A stretch of DNA of 64,000 nt from NCBI RefSeq assembly GCF_006345805.1, contig NC_042999.1, positions 113,770,001 through 113,834,000 on the forward strand, given 5' to 3'. The stretch's first letter is position 1; each line of letters starts with the position of its first letter. The translations under genes were made by a program, and so were the position numbers. This document shows positions 39,002-52,300 of this stretch, in pieces. Source of the stretch: Octopus sinensis. Its lineage: Eukaryota. Under the pieces are notes generated by a model. The model was not told the DNA's origin. It worked only from the letters and a program-made list of their open reading frames with translations, and made no database searches.

Positions 39002-40168
39002 ATAATAATGTTTTCAAATTTTGCCATAAGGGCAAAAATTTTGGCAGAGGGGATGAGTCAATTACGTCAACCCTGAAAGGATGAAAGGCAAAGTCAACCT
39101 CAGTGGAATTTGAACTCAGAACATAGTGACAGGTGAAATACTGCTAAGCATTTTGTCTAGCATGCTAATGATTCTGTCAGTTTGCCATCTATAATAAATA
39201 ATCCTTTCTACAATAAGCACAAGGTCCAAAATTTGTGGGGGCGGGGGGCCTTAGTCAATTACATAGGCCCCAGTGCTCAACTGGAGCTTATTTTATTGAC
39301 CCTGAAAGGATCAAAGGCAAAGTCAACCCCAGCAGAATTTGAACTCAGAACATAAGATGGGTGAAATACAGCTAAGCATTTTGTCCAGCTTTCTAATGAT
39401 TCTGCCAGCTCTCCACCTTAAAAACAAAGTTAACCATACAGGATTTGAACTAAGAATGTCAAGAGCCAAAAGAGATGCCACCAAACATTTTGTCTAGCAT
39501 ACTAACAATGCAGCCAGCTCACTGCCAAAAGACTATTGGAAGTTTGTGGACATCTAAGGTTACAGATAGTAACCCACTACCAACATAAATTCTACTAGGA
39601 ATAAGGACGAACCTGAGTCACATCAATAAAAATAATAATCCTTTCTGCTACAGGCACAAGGCCTGAATTTTGTGGAGAGGGGCAAATCGATTACATCAAC
39701 TCGAGTACTCAACTGGTACTTAATGTATTTACCCCGAAAGGATGAAAGGTAAAATCAGCCTTGGAGGCATTTGAACACAGAGTGTAGCAACGGATGACAT
39801 ACCACTAAGTATTTTGCTTGGCATGCTAACAATTCTGCTAGTTCATCTTAATAATAATAATCTTTCTAGTAAAGTCACAAGGCCTGGAATTTGGAGGCAG
39901 GTGATAGTCAATTACATTGACCCCAGTACTCTCTTGGTGCTTATTTTATCAACCCCAAAAAATGAAAGGGCAAAGTCAACCACAGCGGTGTTTGAACTCA
40001 GAACATGAAGACAGATGATATGCTGCTAAGCATTTGGCCTGGCATGCTAACGATTCTGCCAGTTCATCATTAATAACCATAATAATAATCCTTTCTATTA
40101 TAAGGCCTGAAATTTTGTGGGAGGCAACTAATCAGGTGCATCAACCCCAAAAGGATGAATAATCATAA

Positions 40169-40214
<46 letters not shown>

Positions 40215-40300
40215 GTTTCAGATTTTGGCAGAGGACCAGCAATTTTCACAGAGTAGTTAGGGGAAGTCAAATGCAAGGAGTCTAATATTCAACTGGTACT
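39002..40300 (-). mobile_element. Tandem array of about 6 SINE family A copies or fragments with AAT spacers
   Basis: Repeated family A blocks, all in the same orientation. Confidence 0.85.
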
Positions 40301-40708
40301 TGGTAATGAGCACCTGGTATGTATTATTATCTCTTTTAATATGGCTTAAAATCTTAAGTGAATTACATACTTGGTGCCCATCATCAAGTCATACAACCTC
40401 AGATACAGAATACTATTCCTAGTTTGTTGGTAGTTCCAAGAAGTGCCAATTTCTATAAGGATACAATGCCAGGTGTTATATTTAGCTTCTTCGCGTACGT
40501 TTTAGTAACTTGTTAGGAATGGAGCCAAGGGCACTAATTACTATTCTCACAACTTCAGTTTGTATTCCACATTCTTGAAATTTGCAACCAAATCTTCAAA
40601 TAATTATCTGTCTTCCCATGCTCTCTGCTAGCTATATTATGGTCATCTATAATGTAGCATTTCTGAGACTGATTATTATTATCATTATTATTATTATTAT
40701 TATTATTG

Positions 40709-41370
40709 TAAGGCAACAAGCCGGCAGAATCATTAGCACACCAGGAAAAATGCTTAGTGGCATTTTGTCCATCTTTATGTTCTAAGTTCAGATACCAACA
40801 GGATTGACTTTGCCTTTCATCTTTTCAGGGTTGATAAAATAAGAACCAGTTGAGTACTGGAATTGGTATAATTGACTACCCACCTCCCCCAAATTTCATG
40901 TCTTGTGCCTATAGTAGAAATTATTATTATTATTATTATTATTATAAGGCAACAAACAGGCAGAATTGTTAGTATGCCAGACGAATTGTTTAGCAGCATT
41001 TCGTTCGTCCTTACATTTCTAAGTTCAAATTCTGCCGAGGTCAGCTTTACCTTTCAACCTTTTTGGGATTGACAAATTAAGTACCAGTTGAACACTGGGG
41101 TTGATGTAATCAACTTAGCCCCTCCCCGAAATTACTGGTCTTGTGCCAAAATTTGAAATCATCATTATCATAATTAAGGTGACAAGCTGGCAGAATTGTT
41201 AGCACGCCAGACAAAGTGCTTAGCGATATTTCGTCTGTCTTTTCAGTCTAAATTCAATTTCTGTCATTGTCAATTTTGCCTTTCATCCTTTTGGGATCAA
41301 TTAAAAAAGTACCAGTTCAGCATTAGGTTTGACATAATTTACTAAACATCTTCCCCAAAATTTCAGGCCT
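40709..41370 (+). mobile_element. Tandem array of 3 SINE family A copies with ATT spacers
   Basis: Heads aaggcaac...ggcagaat at about 40709, 40946 and 41175. Confidence 0.85.
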
Positions 41371-41380
41371 TCTGCTTGTC

Positions 41381-41571
41381 TTTTATCTTTTACATGTTTC
41401 AGTCATTAGACTGCAACCATGCTAGGGCAACACTTTGAAGAATTTTCTAGAAGAATGAATTAACCCCAGTACTTATTTGTTTTAAAGCCTAGTACTTATT
41501 CTATTGATCTCTTTTTTTGAACCGCTAAGTTACAGGGATGTAAACATACCAACACATGCATAGATGTGTAT

Positions 41572-41604
<33 letters not shown>

Positions 41605-41764
41605 AGTCTTCTTTCAGTTTCTACCTACCAAATCCATTCACACAAGGCTTTGGTTGGCCTGAGGCAACTAGAAGACACTTGCCCAAGATGCCATGTAGTG
41701 GGACTAAACCTGGAACCATGTGGTTGGGAAGCAAACTTCTTACCACACAGCTACACTTGTGCCT
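41381..41764 (-). mobile_element. Full-length SINE family B
   Basis: Reverse complement of the family B consensus with internal (CA)n. Confidence 0.8.
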
Positions 41765-44334
41765 ATAAAAATATACCCATCATGACTACCTGTCTGATAA
41801 GGGTACACCAGGCATGGGCATCACAACCATATGTGTGTGACATGGTGATCTCATATCAAAATAAACAGCACATGACCTTGCCGGAGTGGGTCCAGTTATT
41901 GTTATTATATAATTGTTCAACATTTGTTAGTTACAGGGATGCTGTAATAATAATTGTTTCTAACAAGGGTACAAGCCCTGGAATTTGGTGGGTAGGGGTT
42001 AGTTAATAAAATCAAACCTAGTTCTTGACTGGTATTATAATTTATTCACCCTGGAAGGATAAAAGGTAATGTTAAGCTCAGCAGAATTTGAACTGTCAAG
42101 AGCAAGAGCTGGATGAAATTAAATACCACAAACCATGCTTCTGATACTGCAAATCGAACACCTTTGATAAAAAATGTTTATAGACAAGTCCAGCAGTTTT
42201 GAGGAAAGATGAAAATTAATTACATTAACCCCAGTATATGACTTGTACTTCATTTTATTGAACCTGAAAGGAAGAAAGATAAAACTGATCCCAGCAGGAT
42301 TTGAATTCAGAACAAAAATAGCCAGAACAAATACTGCAAGGCACTTTTCTTCTTTTTCATTTTCCAATGCTCTATTGATTCTGCCAGTCAGCCATCCTAC
42401 TGCCAATCTACCTATAACAATGGTGATAATGTTAAATAATGATAACAACTACAACAGCAACAGTACCAGTCACCAAAATACCAGACGCTATTCTGTAACT
42501 TTGCTTTGTTAGCATAAAAAAGAAAATCCCATAATTAAACGATGTGGAATTTCAAATGAAGAAATATTGAAAAACCCTGCTTTGATAAATTTACACAATC
42601 AGCTTGCTCAATCAATTGAGCAGCAGAAAGTAATCTGGGTGGTTGTGAACAATATAGTAAAGCAAGAAAAGCAGCAAGTCATTGGAACATGCTGCATACA
42701 CTGGTATCGTCTACACAACTAGCAGGGTGGGTTGTCTTGTGCTGCAACTAAGATGCTCTCAAACAAATAAAAGTCGAGCAAGCAAAACGAATTCTAGCAA
42801 ATAAACAACAGATATGTAATAAATTATACTTGTTTGCCAACAAAGCAGAGAGAGGGAGAGGGAGAAAAGGTGAGGGTAGGGAAAGACAATGTTTATTTGT
42901 TTCATTTCAAAACAGCAGAGTTTCCAAAGAAACATACATCATGTATATGGAACAAGGATAGCTTTAATGTGCTGCCAAGTCATCCTCCTCCACCATCACC
43001 ATTACCACCACCACCAAAATTTCTAGAGAGTTTTCAAGAAGTCCACTTTGCTGCAAGCATTTCTTCAAGATGCTCCAATCTCACAAATCTAGGAGAGACA
43101 GCAAAGGTCAAGAGCATTCTTCCCCCACTTCTCCTGATAATCATTTTTATTTAAATTTAAAAAAACTTTAATAAAATTGACATAATTATTTAGATATTAT
43201 TTTATGACGGAATTAAGTTTGCAGAAGGCTAAAACTTTCCCACTGATTCCTCTAGCCACTAAATGTGATTTTTTTTTTTTTTTGAAGCTTAATTTCAGGG
43301 ACATCACTCAAACTTTTCTAGCCCTTCAAGAGACCAGGGTTAAAAAGAGGATCACAGTATAATCATTGTTTAGTTTGAATTTTGCAGATGAACAGTTGCA
43401 AGAGTCACAGTGTTAGGAAGGAACTCCAAAATGATGTAGATTTTTAAAGGTAGGATTGTATAAATTGTTTGAAGATTAGAATCAGTGAAGAACAATTCAC
43501 AGTTGAATTGAAAGTTTATCTCACACTTACCTTGTATGTTTACATCAGACAAAATATCAAAGCTAAATATAAGACATTCATGCTTTAGCAAGCATTCAAA
43601 CCAGATCCATTCTTCCCTCTCTACCAACAGATTTGCACCAAGCATCAACCATATTGATCTCATCTGTCTTGTTATGAGCACTGCCTCTCTACCTCTGGCT
43701 TACTTATTAAGAAATAACAATAGTAACATCTAAGCAGTAAGGTCATGTAGAACAGATTGAATAAACTAAATTGTGTAAGGATGGAAAATAAATGTGAACT
43801 CCTTTAATGCAAATGAAAATATTTAATGGCTGACAGGATTTAGGTCCAGTGCAGATGTTACCCAACAGCTACATAAACAAAGTGCAGTGAGCATATTGAG
43901 ATACACTACAAGACATTACCTAGTAATCTAGTGCTCTACAGCTCTGTGAGCTGAGCTGAGGTAGAGAAACAATACAAAACATCTACAATACAAAACATCT
44001 ACAACAGATATAGCCTCATGATCTAGTAGATCATCCAGTGCATTACCTACTCATGTGTTTCATGTTTGATATAAAAGACAGCATTGGTCACATGAGCAAA
44101 AGTATCTGTCATAGTAAAAGATGAAGCAAATTGCAGAGTTGAGTTAATTAGTAATGTTCTATCTTCCACTTCAGGCAAATGTAGAATGTTTGTGAATATA
44201 TTCTTGCTCATCAGGCTTTTCTCTCTGTACATGTGGGTTAATGTATGGATAGAGCTTCCTTTTGTAGTAATATCTGTTTTCTCAATTGGGCCCTTCACAT
44301 AATAGCAATGATCTAACCAAACAAGATGTCTAAT

Positions 44335-45037
44335 CTTTCAGATAAGGCACAAAGATTTATCCAGAGTATAAAGATTTTTGCCTGAGAGTTTGTAACTGCC
44401 AGAAAGTATCAGAGAATGAAGGGTTGTGTCCGTGTCTGGTGGGGCCAGGGGAACAGAACCATACCTCAAGGCTGCTGTAGTAGGAAGTGCATTGAGATAA
44501 CAGGATACTTGTTCAGAATGTTTGCAATAAAATGGGTTTCATTAAAGGCACCCAAGGACTAATTTTCTGGCAGTGGTGGTGTTAAACTGAGCAATGAAAC
44601 CATTTCAAGCATTGGTACCAACAGTGAATATGTTTGCTCTCAAAATGAAATAAATATGACAGGAGTAAATTTGGCTGTCAGATAACCTTTCAGATAAGGC
44701 ACAAAGATTTATCCAGAGTATAAAGATTTTTGCCTGAGAGTTTGTAACTGCTAGAAAGTATCAGAGAATGAAGGGTTGTGTCCGTGTCTGGTGGGGCCAG
44801 GGGAACAGAACCATACCTCAAGGCTGCTGTAGTAGGAAGTACATTGAGATAACAGGATACTTGTTCAGAATGTTTGCAATAAAATGGGTTTCATTAAAGG
44901 CACCCAAGGACTAATTTTCTGGCAGTGGTGGTGTTAAACTGAGCAATGAAACCATTTCAAGCATTGGTACCAACAGTGAATATGTTTGCTCTCAAATGAA
45001 ATAAATATGACAGGAGTAAATTTGGCTGTCAGATAAC
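44335..45037. repeat. Tandem duplication of a 352-bp unique sequence (44335-44686, 44687-45037)
   Basis: Copies differ at only three sites seen: C44400/T44752, G44489/A44841 and an A4/A3 run. Confidence 0.95.
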
Positions 45038-46059
45038 CTAACAATTATAAAACTGCCATCAAACATTGATTTCTTTAGATTTTTATATTTGTTCTAATTA
45101 GAAACAGTCCACTTCAATATCTTTCTTCATCAAGCCAATCTTGTGTCACATTTACCTATTTCATTAAGTCACATGTCTGGTTAAAAATTAAAACTGTTCT
45201 TTTACCTTTCTTTAAAAAAAAGTTTCTACAAACACTAACATTAAGAATTAAAAATTGTTTGTCTGATAGTCACAAAACCATAGTTAAGGTAGTGACAGAT
45301 TAAATAGATCCTAGTATGTTGCTGGTACTTCTTTTTTTTTTTTTTTTGCAATTTACAACAGTAATACAAAAGCCTATATCAACCCTGGTGAGATTTAAAC
45401 TCAGGAACATGAAATAAATATAAACATTGGAGCCATTCTGGTTCCTAAACCTTATAGATTAAATTAGTCAAAGTAATTAGTACCTAACCACTTTATGGAA
45501 CTCAGAGCAGGTCAGACCCTTTAGCATCTAAACTAATCATATCCAGCCCAGATTTTTTACCAGTTCTATGTTAAACCTAGCCTGATCCAGCATCTCACAC
45601 CTACCCTACAATACCATTTTAAAAATAAACAATCACATCATCAAAATCATAAAGCTACAAAATAATGCATGGTCAATACAAAACAATGTGAATAAATAAG
45701 TTACATGTGACGCAGTAATCTAAATAATAACAGATTAAGCTAAAAATGTGGTTATAACAGTCAGGCCTTAATACCATTGACAGCATAAGGCATAGAGAAG
45801 TGGTTCCAATTAGAAAGAAAACTGACTCTCAGTCTGGCTTTGTCTTATTATAGAGCATTTTCAATGTTTAATAAGAATGATGAAGAAAGAAAAAAATAAT
45901 AAAGAAAATTAATTTATTTTAAATTCTAGATATAGTATGTTTGATTTCTTCCAAAATTCAAGCAGTAAATTGTGTTTGCCTTGAGAATTCATTAGAAGAC
46001 TGGTTTACCTCAAACAGAATAATATAATTTAATTTTCCATGTGTACAAAATGAACATCT

Positions 46060-47282
46060 AATTTGGCAGAATCATTAGAGCATTAGACAAAATGCTTTGC
46101 AGTTAGCTTTGGCACTTTACACTCTGAGCTAAAATCCTGCCAACTCAGCCTTTCAACTTGACAGGGTCGATAACTTAAGTACCAGTCAAGTAGGGAGTTC
46201 ATTTTCATTGACTAACCCCACACCCAAACTTGTGGCCTTGTTAGTAATGATTATAATTATTATTAAAGTGGTGAGCAGGCAGATTTGTTAGCATACTGGA
46301 CAAAATGCTTAGTGATATTTCATCCGTCTTTAGGTTCTGTATTCAAATTCTGCCAAGGTCAACTTTGCTTTCCATCATTTCAAAGGTTAATAAAATAAGT
46401 ACCAGTCAAACACGGGTTAATGTAATCAACTGTTCCCTTCCCTACAAATTTCAGGTATTGTGTCTATAGTAAAAAGGATTATTATTATTATTATTATTAT
46501 TATTATTTAGCATGCTAGGCATAATGCTTGGCAGTATTTTGTCTGTCCTCATGTTCTGAGTCCAAGTTCCTCCAAGGTTGACTTTGCTTTTCATCCTTTC
46601 GGGATTAATAAAATAAGTACCAGTTGAGTACTGGGGTCAATGAAATCGGTTATCCTCCTTCCCCAAAATTTCATGCTTTGTACCTATAGTAATCATTTTT
46701 TTTTTTTTTTTGTTAAACTTATTTACATGCAAAACCCTTACAACAACACACTCACACACATACATTCTTTGTTGTGTCCTATACTGTCCATAATGTTATT
46801 CTTAATGCAAACCATTGTGGTCAATAAAAAAATCATTATTATTATTAATAAGGTGGCAAGCTGGCAGAATTGTTAACATGTTCAAATTCCACCAAGGTCA
46901 ACTTAACCTTTCATCCTTTCTGAGTTGATAAAATAAGTACCAGTTGAGTACTGAGGTCAGTATATTTGACTCATCCTGAAAACTGCTGGCCTTGTGCCAG
47001 AATCTGAAACCATTATTGCTATTATTATTATTATTATCATCATCATCATCATCATTATTATTATTATTAAAGCAGTGAGCTGGTAGACTTGTTAACAAAC
47101 TGGACGAAATGCCTAGCAGTATTTTGTCATCACTACATTCTGAGTTCACATTCCACCAAAGTCAACTTTGCCTTTTATCCTTTCAGGGTCGATAAATTAA
47201 GTATCAGTTGGGTACTGGGGTCGATATAATTGATTACCCCTTCCCACTAATTTCAGACCTAGTGCCAATAGTAGAAAGGGTT
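46060..47282 (+). mobile_element. Tandem array of SINE family A copies
   Basis: Repeated heads and bodies separated by ATT/CAT repeats. Confidence 0.8.
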
Positions 47283-49252
47283 ATTTATCATCATCATTAT
47301 TGTTATTAATACAAATGGTTCCTTCACAATATTCACTTTTGATGAGGTTTGTATTGACTATGTATTTATTGATCAAAACACATTTTTAAAATAAAAATAA
47401 CATCATCCTCAATAGATCCCTATCCCAACCTCCTTAGGATATCCTCCCAATATGAAGACTGTTATGTAGTCCGTTCCCTTTCTTGTATTTGTATAAACTT
47501 GTTTTTTCACCTGTTACTACACATTCCAATATGGAGGAGAGATGTAGGAAAAAAAAAAGCCAGAGCAGCATGAAACTAGATTAATAGGAGAAGGCAACTG
47601 TGTACTACAGAGGAATTTGGACATGTATGACAAATTATGTATTTAGAATATATCCAGATAATATTTTAGGAATTTAGATAATTCACAAGAAATAACAAAC
47701 AAATAAAAATAAACATACTAATTTGGCAACCCTTGAATTTAGGACATTATTTTTTACTTTAGTCATTCTTCATCTCAATCATTTTGTTTGGCATTCTGCA
47801 AAGAGTTTATAATTTTTTCTAGAGGCAAACCTGCAACCAACTTCTTTGTCATAGGCTTGAAATACTTCGTATTACTTTTCATTTTTTGTTGTGGTTATAT
47901 ACATATCTCACTGGACTTTTTACCAATGTTGTGTGATTTTTTTAAGTAGCTTTTCTCCTCTCACAGGACTCATAATTTTTCTCTCACTTTTGCTGGGTTT
48001 TTTTAGATTTTATTTGTGTTTGGTAACTTTTTAATAAGTTTTCTTCCTTTTACTTTTCTCTCATATGACACACATCTTTCTATCTCTTGCTTATTTGAGT
48101 TCAAACTTACCTTTCTTGTGTAAAAACACCCCACACTCATAACCCTCCACACATTTCTACTATACCCTCCACATTCCTCTTGCCTTTCCACCGCCTCACA
48201 TCCGTACCCATTCCCAAGTCCTTGCATCCACACTTTCCTCAAGCACACTTAACATCTCACACACCTAATAACCTACGCCACCCTACTTCCACACACATAA
48301 ACACATCCCCCAAAATAAAACACACACATCCGTCCCCCATATGCCCAGCTCCAAAACCAGGTACACTCCAATACTTGTGCATTCACACTTGAAACCTCCC
48401 ACCCCTAGAATATACTCCCACCTGATTCCTAACTGTTTATCCATTGTTTATTTTCATCTTTTCTCTTCCTCACTTTCCCTATACTTATCTCTTTCTTCTA
48501 ATAAAGGACCAACAACCAAATTTTAAGAATTATTCTCTTCCCATTAAAGCATTAAGCTTTATTGTATAAACCTTGGTCCTCCTGTATTATCTTTATTTTA
48601 TTGTTCATATACTTGCAATATGTGAATGAAAAAAAATATATAGATATACATCCAGCAATGTGTACATATCATCCATATATATATATAACCTATATGTGGT
48701 TATTTGACTATTTCTCAATATATGAAACTATATGGTACTAAACGACATGTGTCCTTTAAATAAATAATGTTTAAATATGTCACAGGTATGGGTATGTAGT
48801 TAGGAAGCTTGCTTCGCAATCATGTGATTTCAGGTTCAGTTCACTGCATGGCACCTTGGGCAAGTGGATTAGATAAACAGAAACTGAAAGAAGCCCATCA
48901 TGTATATTTATGAGTGTGTATGTGTGCATGTATGTTTTGTTTGTGCCTACTTGTCTTCGCATTGAATGATTGTTGTAAATGAGCAGCACTGTCATATAAG
49001 CAGTGTAATTCATTTCCAATAATCTGTGGAAACATATATAGCTCTGAGCAAGTATCTCCTTGCTTGGAAACAGGCGACAATTGGTGATAAGTAGGGCATC
49101 TGAGCTCTGAAAATCCACCACAATAAATGCTGTTTAATACATGCAAGCATCGGAAAAGTGGATGTCAAAATGATGATGATACACACACACATACCTATAG
49201 CCTATATACAGTCTAGCTATATGTTTGTGGGTCATGCATGTACACACACAGA

Positions 49253-49320
<68 letters not shown>

Positions 49321-52300
49321 GATATCATAAGAATTTTGAGAAAGAGAACTAATTCTTTCTTTAGAAAAACTCAAAGTACATACATAAAGCTATGGGAGTT
49401 GCATTCATTGCCTTGCCCCAAGCATAGAACTGGGCTCACCACTTTGAGCTGGGAAATGAATGGAATGCCTGGTGTATGTCTTGTGGTGGTTCCCCACTCC
49501 TAAAAAAATGGGGAATAGGCCTGGGTATATAAAAAAAAATATAAAAATAATATCATGTAAATATTAAGTTGAAGAGCTCTTTTGGATAGAAAAGTCAAAG
49601 GCTGTTCATGGGACAAGAACCCACATCTCCTGTAGCCTTCAACTTTTTCCATTCAAAATAGTTATTCATCAATTTTGAACACTTGTACCTACTTGCTTCA
49701 ATCATTAGACAGTGGCCATGCTGGGGCACCGCTTTCAAGAACTTTTAGTTGAATGGATCGACCCCAGTACCTATTTTTTTAAAGTTTGGTACTTATTCTA
49801 TCAATCTCTTTTACTGAACTGCTAAGTTATGAGGACATTAAACACACCAACACTGGTTGTCAAGAGGTAGTGGGGAACATATATGCTTGTTCTTTGAGAT
49901 ATTCAAAATTTGAAAAAAGAATTAATACATACATATAGTCTTTACACATGTACATACACAACACGTGCACGCATAGAACATTTGTGTCTTTTTGTCCATC
50001 TGTCTACTAGCAATCTACATTCTATTAAAGGCCATGACAGCATATGGACATATGCCTAATAATTATTAAAAATAAGATTAATATTATTTGTAAGCAGAAG
50101 AAAGAGTAGTCTTTATGAAGACTTTCAAACTTTTAAGATCAATGTAAGTGCAGCTTAACTTGAACCCTGCAAGTTCAAACAAATAGAGAAAACATAGGTT
50201 GAGAGGGATTCTGAAGAGTGTTAGAGGTGGAATTAGGAATATGTTCTTGTAGTATCTTGCTGAAAGGAGAGACCCTTAATAGTGAAACAAGTCAAGTAGC
50301 TGTACTCAAAAATTTTATAAGCAACCCAGCAATTAACAAAAGTGAGTAGGGGCACTCTCCTAGCAAGAACACAGTCTTGTTTTTTATAATAGCATCTGCT
50401 TTTTGAATAGGCCATTGTTTGGGTTAGCTCATTTTTTGTATAATTTTTGACTTCCAGTGCAATAATATATAATGAATGGTCAATTCAAAACATTGATGGT
50501 TCAAATTCATCTGGGAAGACCACTATCAGGAAAATATTTTCATCCAAAAAACAGGCAGTAGTTTTAGTAGCATATTTTTTTTGCTATACTCAGGACTCTG
50601 AATTCCTGACAGTTTTAGTGATGGATACACAAAAACAGAGTATATTTCAAAATATTTTCTCAATACTTCCAAATAAGTAGCACAACAATTACCACCCATA
50701 AGGTAAGTGATTTAACCAATTGTTATCCTTAAACACTTCGCCAGAAAGTGGATGAATCAAACAAAAAACAAAACAAAAACAAGCCAAAACCTGCAATGAT
50801 GTAATTGATAAATAGTCTAAAGATCTGCAAGTCAAATATGAGCAGAGAAGGAAACAGGGGTTTGTTCCAGATGTTTACAACAAAGTGAAATCCTCAAGAA
50901 CACATTGATATAGTGTTAGGTTTACCATCCAATGGTCACTTGTGAAAAGGGTAAAGAGTCCCTTCGGTCATGAGAAAGTTACCCTCTGAGGCACAAGTCC
51001 AGGCAAGGTTGTTTATGGAAGACCAGGAGTTGATCATGCATACCAGCCTCCCCTCTCCATGCCTCCAATGTTATCTAAGTGAAAGGCAAGGCCAATACAG
51101 GTTGGCACCAGTGATGATGCAAATCATTCCTACAGTTCAGTGAACTGGAGTAACATGAAATAAAGGGTCTTGCTCAAAAACACAACATACAGCCTGGTCT
51201 GGAAATCGAACTCACAAACTCATGATTGTGAGCCTGATGCTCTGACCACCGAGTCATGCACCTCCACTGTTATTCATTATCCAAAAATATTAAAACTGTG
51301 AGAATGTAGAGAAACACTAAATCACCACATGAAAAGACAAAAAAAAATAACAGCAGGTTTGAATTCAAATGTAGAAATGAAGATAAAACCCACAATACAC
51401 AATCTACACAAGCATTTCACTTCTACTGATATAAGGACAGCATTGAGTTATTATCCTGCAATGATCTCTGCTTTTAAAAGAGGAAGAAAATTTTCAAATA
51501 AGACAAAAAGAGTTTACATTTTTCATGTATCATATTTGTCTTTATAAAGAATTAGTTAATTCAAGAAGATATTTGAAAAATCTTAAAAGTAAATAACTAG
51601 ATAGTCATAAGCTTGTCTTCCACTTGTCTTATATCCAGATTTCCATGCTAGGATGGAATTGATTTTAGAAATTCAGATGCCATACTCCAACTTGATGAAC
51701 CTCCAACTGCTAATTACTAAACCATGAAGTACAGGTAAAATCAGTTGATTTGCACAGTGAATTTGAACCATTTACCATGTGCTTAGTAGTCTTGCACATC
51801 AAACTTGTGGTTGACATAAAAAGTTTATAGCTTTTCCATTAAATGAGAAATGAGAAACAAAAGGCCTCCTTACCTTACAAGTTCCATTATACTTTTTAAT
51901 TTTTTTTAATTCCTGTTTATCTTTTTTAGAGGAGCTTGAGTTTTGTGCACTACGATTCTGGAAGAGATAAAATTGAAAGCATTAATATTTTCAAAAGATA
52001 TTCAAGGAAAATTATTAATTCCAATGCACACATGCACACGCACGCACAAACAAGCACACAACTTCAAACTCACTAGTAACACTGACAACTGAAAATAGGA
52101 TTAATTTATACAACATCACTGTATAGAACATCTACCTAACTTTCTTAAATCCACCAAACTGAGATATTATCTTCTGCATCCTATCATCATTATCACCATT
52201 GTTTGACCTCCATTTTCCAAGCTGACATGAGTAGAATGGTTTGACAGGAACCAATGCACTAGAGAACTGCACTAAGCTCCAGTCTGCACTGGCATGGTTT

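Noticed and set aside
39002-40300. Repeat-spacer appearance reminiscent of CRISPR
   Set aside because: Units are SINEs of about 200 bp with AAT spacers in eukaryotic DNA; there are no constant short repeats or cas genes.
42513-42629. Plus-strand exon-like frame HKKENPIIKRCG...SIEQQK
   Set aside because: Weak donor, the opposite strand is similarly open, and no homology is recognised; expected by chance at this length.
44200-44215. Other CUGAUGA hits (minus strand here and near 60270; plus strand at 35437)
   Set aside because: No helix II followed by GAAA and no helix I pairing, so not hammerheads.
48098-48420. Perfect minus-strand donor AAG|GTAAGT next to a C/A-rich tract with ORFs
   Set aside because: The upstream sequence is low-complexity with no clear acceptor, and the ORFs reflect compositional bias.
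50253-50341. Plus-strand AG...GT open segment ILLKGETLNSETSQVAVLKNFISNPAINK
   Set aside because: Phase 2-1 with no compatible neighbour and no recognisable family.
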